DNA from: Candidatus Aminicenantes bacterium
Lineage (GTDB): Bacteria; Acidobacteriota; Aminicenantia; Aminicenantales; Aminicenantaceae
DNA: 64,000 nucleotides
Reading direction: 5' to 3'
NCBI GenBank assembly: GCA_016783445.1
Contig: JADHWO010000001.1
Span: 21,596 to 85,595, forward strand
Shown: positions 56,947 through 64,000 of the stretch, one piece after another
How positions within the stretch are numbered: the first letter of the stretch is position 1
How the letters are laid out: every line of letters begins with the position of its first letter
The notes under the pieces: model-generated
The model's database searches: none
What the model saw: only the letters and a program-made list of their open reading frames with translations
Told to the model about the DNA's origin: nothing
Program-made: the position numbers and the translations under genes

Positions 56947-58735
56947 ATACGGTTACGGAGGAAGAATACTGAGAATAGACCTAACAGAACACAGATCCCA
57001 AATTGAGGAACTCGATCCATCCTGGATAAAACCTGTTATTGGAGGGCGGGCAGCAAATACAAAGAGGCTCTATGAGGCGTTAAACCCGGACTGTAACCCT
57101 TTAGGACCTGATAATATCCTCATCTTCGGCATCGGACCTCTTACAGGCTCCCTCCTGCCAGCATCTGCTTATTACACTGTTACCGCCAAATCCCCCTTGA
57201 CAGGTATATTGGGAGATTCTGCGGCAGGAGGACAATTTGCTGCAGAGATGAAACTAACAGGTTTTGACCAGATCATCATTACAGGTAAGGCTGATAACCT
57301 CCTCTACCTGATGATTACGGAATCCGGAGTTGAGTTTGTGGAATGCCCGGAATATGCAGGAAAGACAATTATAGAAACAACAAAAGCCATTCGAAAAAAG
57401 AGAAAGGATTACTCTATCCAGGTAGCCTCTATCGGTCCGGCAGGCGAGAATCTTGTGCTTTTTGCCTCCATTGTATCCAGCGGAAATAGGGTAAATGGCC
57501 GTACAGGGATGGGTGCTGTAATGGGATCAAAGAATTTAAAAGCCCTTGCTGTACGAGGGTCCCGCTCTCTTGAGGTTGCAGATCCTCTGGCTTTTCTATC
57601 AGAAGTTGAGAAGATCAATAAGGTTATACTGGATCACAAGGAATACCAGAAGCGCTACCAGATGGGCACAACCATGTTGATGCAGGACCTCAACAACATT
57701 GGCATTCTTCCCACAAAACATTTTCAGGAAGGGATTTGTAAATATGTGGATGATATCTCCGGCCAGAAGCTTGCACGCACCTATAAAGTAAAAAATAAAT
57801 CATGTTTTAACTGTAATGTGCATTGTTCCCGGTATTATATAGCGGAAGGATGTGAAGCAGAAGGACCCGAGTTCGAAACTCTCTGTAGTTTTACTTCGCG
57901 GATAGGAAACCGTGACCTCCCCTTTGCCCTGGAGATGAATGCCTACTTGAACCAGATGGGTCTGGATTCTATCTCAACCGCTGAAGTGATTGGCTGGATC
58001 ATGGAATGCCAGGAAAAAGGATTGGTCCATCCTGACGATCTGGATGGTTTTAGTATTACCTGGGGTGATAGAGACAAAATTCGGGAAGTTGTAGATAAAA
58101 TAACCTTCCGCCGTGGGATCGGAGACAGGCTGGCAAATGGAGCGAAAAAATTATCCGAAAGCTTTAGTGAAGAGGCAAAAAAACTGGTGATGCAGGTAAA
58201 GGGACTGGACATGATCTGTGGTGATCCACGGGGAATTAAAGCCTATGGACTTACTTATGCGATTGCTTCCAGAGGATCTGATCATCTTCGTGCTGAGCCC
58301 TATTTTGAATTAACTAATAGAAAAAAGGAGGCGAAAAAGCGTTTTGGTACAGAAAAAGCTGCTGATAGACTCGCTGAGGAAGGGAAAGCTGCTCTAGTAT
58401 ACTATTCCGAGAAGATTGCTCTTCTTACTGACTCACTGACAATGTGCAAGAATATCGGACTATGTATGGATATATTAAACTTTGAAAAGGCTTCTGTTCT
58501 TTTAAAAACTGGTACCGGGATAGATTATTCTGCTGAATATTTGGAAAAAATATTGGGAGACAGTATAAACCTTGACTTTATGCTCAATAGAAGATTTGGT
58601 GTAACAAAAGAAGACGATACATTACCAGAAAGATTCCAGAAAGAGCCATTAAGCGAAGGCCCAACAAAAGGTTCTACTGTTAATATTCAAAAAATGGTGG
58701 ATGAGTACTACAAGATTCACAAATGGGAAAAATAA
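56939..58735 (+). CDS. aor: Aldehyde:ferredoxin oxidoreductase family tungsto/molybdo-pterin enzyme
   Basis: MLKYGYGGRILRIDLT N-terminus, AAGGQFAAEMK, SCFNCNVHCSRY [4Fe-4S] ligands, SRGSDHLRAEP. Confidence 0.92.
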   Translation: MLKYGYGGRILRIDLTEHRSQIEELDPSWIKPVIGGRAANTKRLYEALNPDCNPLGPDNILIFGIGPLTGSLLPASAYYTVTAKSPLTGILGDSAAGGQFAAEMKLTGFDQIIITGKADNLLYLMITESGVEFVECPEYAGKTIIETTKAIRKKRKDYSIQVASIGPAGENLVLFASIVSSGNRVNGRTGMGAVMGSKNLKALAVRGSRSLEVADPLAFLSEVEKINKVILDHKEYQKRYQMGTTMLMQDLNNIGILPTKHFQEGICKYVDDISGQKLARTYKVKNKSCFNCNVHCSRYYIAEGCEAEGPEFETLCSFTSRIGNRDLPFALEMNAYLNQMGLDSISTAEVIGWIMECQEKGLVHPDDLDGFSITWGDRDKIREVVDKITFRRGIGDRLANGAKKLSESFSEEAKKLVMQVKGLDMICGDPRGIKAYGLTYAIASRGSDHLRAEPYFELTNRKKEAKKRFGTEKAADRLAEEGKAALVYYSEKIALLTDSLTMCKNIGLCMDILNFEKASVLLKTGTGIDYSAEYLEKILGDSINLDFMLNRRFGVTKEDDTLPERFQKEPLSEGPTKGSTVNIQKMVDEYYKIHKWEK

Positions 58736-58844
58736 ATTTTCCTTTTTAAGTCCTTAAAAAGAAGTCCTACATAGGGAGAAAGAGTTTTAATAAATATTCA
58801 TGTAATCTATTTATCCGGAAATCATAAATTTTAAACAGGACAGT

Positions 58845-60197
58845 ATGAAAGAACAGGATTTAGGTCCAAAACGAGAAACATTTACTTCGTTTTTTGGTCT
58901 TTTAATGACCATGATCGGAGTTGCTGTTGGGTTGGGCGCTATATGGCGTTTCCCTTATATGGTTGGGAAATTTGGCGGTGCAGAATTTGTTCTTTTTTAT
59001 ATCATTGTTGTACTTTTTATTGGAATACCCGCGTTGATGGCAGAGTGGACACTGGGTCGATACACAAAGCGAGGCACACTGGGCTCCTATGAAAAAGGTG
59101 GATTTCCTGGCGGGAAGTTAGTTGGCGCATTTTTATTTTTTATTGTTTTCTGGGCCACCGGTTATTACTCCAATGCTGTTGGATGGGTTGGATTTTTTGC
59201 CCTAGGTGAACTCTTTAATGCTTTTGGTATAAATTTAAACGCTGCAGCTATTCTTCCTCCTCAAGAAGGCTTTAATCTTACTTCATTCCTTTTACAGCTT
59301 TTGATGACAGCATTCGTTATTTTTTCATGCGGAATTGTTCTTATTAAGGGCTTGAGAAAGGGGATTGAAAAAATCAGCAAATGGATTGTTCCTTCCCTCT
59401 TTTCCATTTTAATTATCCTCATTTTCCGATCAGTAACCTTAAGAGGAGCCAGTGAGGGGATCAAGTGGTATATTGGCGGCTTCCGTTTCAGCGAGCTCAC
59501 ACCTTCTGTAATGGCAGCTGCCATGGGGATGGCCTTTTTTTCTATGTCCCTTGGTGGTACATTTATGGTTATTTACGGTTCCTATCTTAACAAACAGGCA
59601 AATATACCAAAAAATGCCATATTAACAGGAATAGGTGCTTCAACAGCCGGTATCCTTGCAGGATTTGCTATTTTCCCTGCAGTGTTTTCCTTCGGTCTAG
59701 ATCCTGGTTCTGATCCCGCACTTATCTTCTCTATACTGCCAAAAACATTTGTGATGATGCCTGCAGGCTGGCTATTTGGCCTCCTCTTCTTTCTTGGTCT
59801 TTTTGGCGCAGCTTATTTATCTGACGTGGCAGCCTTTGAAGTTCTGGTAGGGGGAGTTGTGGATAACTCAAAAGCAAAAAGGAAAAAAGCAGTTCTATTT
59901 ATCTGTTGCATTGTCTATCTCCTGGCTATTCCCCCTATGATCAATTTTAGGATCTTTGTTCCGTGGGATTTGATTTTTGGTTCAGGCATGCAGGCTCTTG
60001 GTTCCCTTTTAGCAGTTCTCACCTCAGTTTGGTGTATTAAAAGAGCAGAGGCCTTAAAAGAACTTTCAGAAGGAAGGACAAAACCTTTCCCCCTGTTCCT
60101 CTACTGGTGGATGAGAATTGTTGTCCCTATTGCTATTATATTTGTAGGGATCAATTGGCTCCTGGAATATGTCTTTAAGATCAATATATTCGGATAA
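58845..60197 (+). CDS. Neurotransmitter:sodium symporter (NSS/SNF) family transporter
   Basis: GVAVGLGAIWRFPYMVGKFGGAEFV is the hallmark TM1 motif. About 11-12 TM segments. Confidence 0.9.
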   Translation: MKEQDLGPKRETFTSFFGLLMTMIGVAVGLGAIWRFPYMVGKFGGAEFVLFYIIVVLFIGIPALMAEWTLGRYTKRGTLGSYEKGGFPGGKLVGAFLFFIVFWATGYYSNAVGWVGFFALGELFNAFGINLNAAAILPPQEGFNLTSFLLQLLMTAFVIFSCGIVLIKGLRKGIEKISKWIVPSLFSILIILIFRSVTLRGASEGIKWYIGGFRFSELTPSVMAAAMGMAFFSMSLGGTFMVIYGSYLNKQANIPKNAILTGIGASTAGILAGFAIFPAVFSFGLDPGSDPALIFSILPKTFVMMPAGWLFGLLFFLGLFGAAYLSDVAAFEVLVGGVVDNSKAKRKKAVLFICCIVYLLAIPPMINFRIFVPWDLIFGSGMQALGSLLAVLTSVWCIKRAEALKELSEGRTKPFPLFLYWWMRIVVPIAIIFVGINWLLEYVFKINIFG

Positions 60198-60212
60198 ATC
60201 TATATGATTTCT

Positions 60213-60779
60213 CTATCTATTCTTTAGCAGCTTTCCTTCCTTAAAACCTATTTCAAACGCCTTCAAATTTATCCCGAGGTCTTTCTTTCTACTCACTAAT
60301 TGTAAAACATATTTCAGGTCCTCATATTTAAAGGGAACTAATCCTGTTCCAACAGAAAATCCTATAAGTACAATATTCGCGGCCAAAACCGAACCAATTT
60401 TTGTTGCAGCACCTCCTGCATCACACACCTTAAAGGTTATTTCTCTTTCCTTTAAATATTTCAGGATCTTTTTGTCAAACCGATCCATGCTCTCAAGATT
60501 AACAAAACATAAACTTCCTCTTCTCAAGAAGTTCAGGTTTCTGTAAGTTTCATTCTCTTCAAAAGAATAGAGAATATTTGCAGTACCTGTTCTAATTATT
60601 GGACTCTGAAACTTGCCAAGCCTTAGATGAGCAATAACCGAACCTCCTCGTTGACTCATGCCGTGGGTTTCAGATCCCATAATATCCAGACCTAACCTCA
60701 GCCCCAGCTCAGAAAATATCTTTGAAGAAAACAATATTCCCTGTCCACCTACTCCGGCTAATATAATCTGTAGTTTCAT
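60213..60779 (-). CDS. iorB: Indolepyruvate:ferredoxin oxidoreductase beta subunit (2-oxoacid oxidoreductase gamma-type domain)
   Basis: ILAGVGGQGILFSSKIF, ETHGMSQRGGSV. Sits downstream of iorA. Confidence 0.85.
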   Translation of the reverse strand: MKLQIILAGVGGQGILFSSKIFSELGLRLGLDIMGSETHGMSQRGGSVIAHLRLGKFQSPIIRTGTANILYSFEENETYRNLNFLRRGSLCFVNLESMDRFDKKILKYLKEREITFKVCDAGGAATKIGSVLAANIVLIGFSVGTGLVPFKYEDLKYVLQLVSRKKDLGINLKAFEIGFKEGKLLKNR

Positions 60780-61103
60780 AGCTAATCTAACCTGAATTAT
60801 TCATAAAAATAGCCGATGCCATTATTCATTATTTATAATATCTATATCAATCATCGGCATTTTTTACTCTTCAAGCGAGCCGATATCACCGTATCTGCTT
60901 CGTTGCAAAGGATTTGCGGTGAAGAACCACAGCTTCATCCTTCACGCCTCGCATCTACGGCAATCTCAACTCGTGAATAATCCACGCTAGATATTAAATA
61001 TTTCGTATTTCAGTTACACAGCATGAATGACAATTCCCAAATTGTAAGATTGCCATATCTCTTCACTCTTCACAAAAATATTTCGTTTTATTTCCTTTCT
61101 ACT

Positions 61104-61130
61104 GTGGGTTTGATGAATCAAACCCCTTCA
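61104..61130. repeat. REP-like hairpin, copy 3 (GGGTTTGA-TGAA-TCAAACCC)
   Basis: Perfect 8-bp stem at 61106-61125. The CCTTTCT..GTGGG left flank is shared with copy 1 at 39396. Confidence 0.45.
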
Positions 61131-61195
61131 AAACAGCTTGAGATTGTTTAGCCTGTTGCGAGTGCAGCGCGGTAATCTTCTCCATTCCTCGTTAT

Positions 61196-61422
61196 GGGCA
61201 TAAAGGTCACAAAGTGTTGTTGGATATATTTGTATTTTTATTTAAATAAGCAACATAAGACAGATTTTAAGCATGTTTATTGAACGGATCCAACAATGAT
61301 TGCAAATAACACTCTCCGTCTTGTCTTTCCATGTATAATATCTTCTTTATTAACAATGGGTTATATTAAAAACACTCAAATGAAATGTAAAAAAATAACA
61401 ACACTTTGTGACCTTTATGCCC
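61196..61422. mobile_element. 227-bp MITE with perfect 26-bp terminal inverted repeats and a 5-bp target-site duplication
   Basis: GGGCATAAAGGTCACAAAGTGTTGTT (61196-61221) is the exact reverse complement of 61397-61422. GTTAT occurs at 61191-61195 and 61423-61427. Confidence 0.75.
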
Positions 61423-61474
61423 GTTATGACACATATGTCCAGATATGTTTCTTCATATATCTTATCACTTCAGG

Positions 61475-63349
61475 CTAATTTCCCACCGGAATGATAGCTC
61501 CTCTTGGACACGCATTTAAACATACACCGCAGTCCACACAAAACATTCTATCTATCTCGACACGGTTTTCCTCTTCATTTCGAAGAAGCGCAGGGCATTC
61601 AAAAAAATCGATACAATACATACAGCCATTACAATCCTCGGTTATCTCTACCTTAACAGGGTTATCCTTAAGCACTTCGGGGTATGGGATAATGCAGGGA
61701 TGTTTTGCTATAATCACGGCTATCCCTCCATCACTTTTCTGAGTGTATTCTCTTGCCTTTTTTAAAAGTTTTATTAAATTTTTCACATCATAGGGATCTA
61801 TTGTCTTAATCCATTTTACTCCGCATCCCTTAATTAATTCCTTCAGAGGAATTTTATTGCCCTCACTTCCATCAGCCCTTATTCCTAAACCCGGAGTAGG
61901 CTGCATTCCTGTCATTGCGGTTATTTCGTTGTCCAGAATGACTAAAATAAATCTTGTTTTGTTGTAAACAGCATTTATAAGTGAAGCCGTGCCTGCATGA
62001 TAAAAAGTAGAGTCACCCATAGTTGCGACTATAGGAATGTCGTTTTTATCCTGAAAATAAGCTTGATAAAATCCGCTGGCAAATGTGATTCCAGCTCCCA
62101 TGTCTAGAACAGTATCCACTGCTTTAAGATTGAGCCCGAGAGTATAACAACCTATATCGCTGGGATAGATAGCTTTTGGAAGTGCCTTTTTAATCGCAAA
62201 AAATACTCCCCTTTCAGGACAGCCAGCACACAAAGTAGGCTTCCGGACATTAAGATTTAGGCTTTCGACAAGTCTTTTTAGCTTAGTATCTATGATCTTT
62301 TTCAAATTTGTTATTCCATGTTCTTTTAAAACACCTGCCAGAATATTGTAAATTACATCAGGAGCAAGTTCTCCCTGTAACGGAATATGGCCGGTTAGTC
62401 TCCCGAGAACTTTACTTTTATTTATAATTTGAGACTCAATAACAGAATCAGTCTCCTCAATTACTATAACTTTCTTATGCCTTTTAATGAACTCTGCAAC
62501 TTTTTTTTGTGGAAGTGGATAAGGAGTTCCGATTTTTAAGACATTGACAACCTTTTTTAATCTTAGTTCCTCCAGAATATCCAAAAGCACAACAAAACTT
62601 ACGCTGCATGTAATGATCCCAAATGACACGCCACGGCGTTTTCCTACTTCATAATTCCATTTAGTGTCGTTTTCAAATCTTTCTTGAATTTTTTTGATGG
62701 TCTCATTTAACTTTTTATGAAGAAAGAACCGGTATTTTGGAGTAGCAGCCCACCGCTCCGGGTCTCTTTTAAAATTTGCCGGTCGGTCAAGCACCTTAAC
62801 AGGCAAGAGTTTCACGTTCTGTTTGGCATGCGAGACTCTGATTGTGGGGCGTAAAATTACAGGGATTTGAAATGTTTCTGAAAGCTCAAAGGCTTCTTTC
62901 ACCATTTCCTTTGCTTCTTGAGGAGTTGAGGGATCGTATACAGGTACTTTTGCAAACATGGCAAAAAAACGGGAATCTTGTTCGGTTTGCGAGCTAAGTG
63001 GTCCCGGATCATCACAGCTAACTAAAACAAGTCCTCCAATAACACCAGTATAAGCTGAACTCATAAGAGAATCAGAGGCAACATTTAATCCTACCTGCTT
63101 CATAGCAACTGCTGCCCTCTTCCCTGTCAAACTTGCTGCCAGGGCATTATCAAATGCGACCTTTTCATTTGTTGACCATTCAATGTAAGTATCCAAGCCT
63201 AACTCTCTTTTAAATTGCACTGCTGCAGGAACAATCTCAGAACTGGGTGTTCCAGGATAGGAAGTGAAAACATGACATCCTGCTTCAATAATTCCTCTCG
63301 CAATGGCAGCGTTTCCCAGCAATATTCTTGTTTCTTTTTCTTTGGCCAT
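61475..63349 (-). CDS. iorA: Indolepyruvate:ferredoxin oxidoreductase alpha subunit
   Basis: 624 aa. LLGNAAIARGIIEAGCHVFTSYPGTPSSEI, TPP-binding GDSTFYHAG, C-terminal CNGCMYC...CPA and CVDCGVCLNACP. Confidence 0.92.
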   Translation of the reverse strand: MAKEKETRILLGNAAIARGIIEAGCHVFTSYPGTPSSEIVPAAVQFKRELGLDTYIEWSTNEKVAFDNALAASLTGKRAAVAMKQVGLNVASDSLMSSAYTGVIGGLVLVSCDDPGPLSSQTEQDSRFFAMFAKVPVYDPSTPQEAKEMVKEAFELSETFQIPVILRPTIRVSHAKQNVKLLPVKVLDRPANFKRDPERWAATPKYRFFLHKKLNETIKKIQERFENDTKWNYEVGKRRGVSFGIITCSVSFVVLLDILEELRLKKVVNVLKIGTPYPLPQKKVAEFIKRHKKVIVIEETDSVIESQIINKSKVLGRLTGHIPLQGELAPDVIYNILAGVLKEHGITNLKKIIDTKLKRLVESLNLNVRKPTLCAGCPERGVFFAIKKALPKAIYPSDIGCYTLGLNLKAVDTVLDMGAGITFASGFYQAYFQDKNDIPIVATMGDSTFYHAGTASLINAVYNKTRFILVILDNEITAMTGMQPTPGLGIRADGSEGNKIPLKELIKGCGVKWIKTIDPYDVKNLIKLLKKAREYTQKSDGGIAVIIAKHPCIIPYPEVLKDNPVKVEITEDCNGCMYCIDFFECPALLRNEEENRVEIDRMFCVDCGVCLNACPRGAIIPVGN

Positions 63350-63555
63350 TTTTCTAATCTTAGATCTGTCCCGAAGTTAGTTGATTATACATAAAAGTGT
63401 ACTACTACAAGAAATACAGAAAATCCCTCCCTTTGTATTGAACATACTTATCAGAAGACAATCAGTTGACTTAAACATACTTTAAAATAAAGTCGCTTAT
63501 TTAATAGTAGGAAGCCTTCAGGTGATTCTTTTCATTAATGTTCAGGTTTTTTTCT

Positions 63556-64000
63556 TTAATCCTTATAGACTTGTTTAAATGCTTCAATAAATCTCCTGTT
63601 TTGTTCAGGAGTTCCTACTGTTACCCGTAAAAATGTGGGTTTTCCATACATTGTCAAAGGTCTCACGATGACACTTTTTCTCTGTAGTTCCTCAAATATT
63701 CTTTTTGTGCCTTTTTTTACATCAATAGTCACAAAATTAGTTTCAGATGGTATATAAAACACAGACATCTTTTCGAAATTCTCGTACAAGTACTTTTTTC
63801 CAGATTCATTCATCTCTTTGGTTCTCTCTATAAACGTTTTATCTTTTAAAGCTGCGACTGCGCCAATCTGGGCAAACCTGTTAACAGAGAATGGAGGACT
63901 TACTCTGTTGATTGCATCTATAAATTCTTCTTTAGCTGCGCAATATCCGACGCGAAAGCCGGCTAAGCCATACATTTTGGAAAAGGTCCGCAATACTATT
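63556..64000 (-). CDS. Class I/II (HisC-like) aminotransferase, C-terminal part (5' end outside the window)
   Basis: The frame is open to the window edge: ..IVLRTFSKMYGLAGFRVGY (PLP Lys in TFSK) ...FLRVTVGTPEQNRRFIEAF. Confidence 0.85.
   Translation of the reverse strand, partial: IVLRTFSKMYGLAGFRVGYCAAKEEFIDAINRVSPPFSVNRFAQIGAVAALKDKTFIERTKEMNESGKKYLYENFEKMSVFYIPSETNFVTIDVKKGTKRIFEELQRKSVIVRPLTMYGKPTFLRVTVGTPEQNRRFIEAFKQVYKD

Noticed and set aside
60812-60872. Hairpin GCCGATG-N33-CATCGGC followed by a T-run, resembling a terminator on the plus strand
   Set aside because: No plus-strand gene reads into it, since the region lies between iorA and iorB on the minus strand. The 7-bp stem with a 33-nt AT loop is weak.
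61296-61478. 60-aa ORF inside the MITE
   Set aside because: It starts in the AT-rich interior, runs through the right TIR and ends antisense to the iorA stop region. There is no RBS or family resemblance.

Overview
Bacterial chromosomal window with about 55 protein-coding genes. I saw no rRNA, tRNA or CRISPR array. All family calls come from motif recognition in the supplied translations; no database search was run. The Lys-rich proteins, ECF sigma/anti-sigma modules, FtsX permease and AOR/Ior enzymes suggest an uncultivated anaerobic fermenter; Acidobacteriota/Aminicenantes-like is only a guess. From 1 to 37 kb the content is mostly housekeeping: carAB, ruvCAB, queA, mnmA, yebC, yggS, a dGTPase, System II cytochrome c maturation plus a tetraheme cytochrome, and a thiE-thiL-thiM salvage block. 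Two ECF sigma/anti-sigma modules sit in this half, one followed by two secreted HEAT-repeat proteins. From 37.5 to 64 kb there is a dense anaerobic catabolic supercluster. One operon carries hydantoinase/oxoprolinase HyuAB, a split B12 acyl-CoA mutase, an epimerase, a ferredoxin and an OYE-type enoate/dienoyl-CoA reductase. Divergent from it is a family III CoA-transferase translationally coupled to a three-subunit xanthine-dehydrogenase-family molybdoenzyme. Further right are a thiolase, a 3-hydroxyacyl-CoA dehydrogenase/enoyl-CoA hydratase fusion, TIGR04076-ferredoxin-AOR, an NSS transporter, iorAB and an aminotransferase. Structures not explained by genes: (i) a 227-bp MITE with perfect 26-bp inverted repeats and a 5-bp target duplication inside the iorA-iorB spacer; (ii) a second inverted-repeat element family with two copies (10.0 kb and 55.9 kb), each flanked by direct repeats; (iii) a REP-like hairpin family with four copies, one of which supplies the hyuA stop codon; (iv) a recent 192-bp tandem duplication inside a HEAT-repeat gene. 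The best candidate for undescribed biology is the CoA-transferase/Mo-hydroxylase plus HyuAB/mutase/enoate-reductase gene neighbourhood. No classical defence, toxin-antitoxin or prophage system was recognised.
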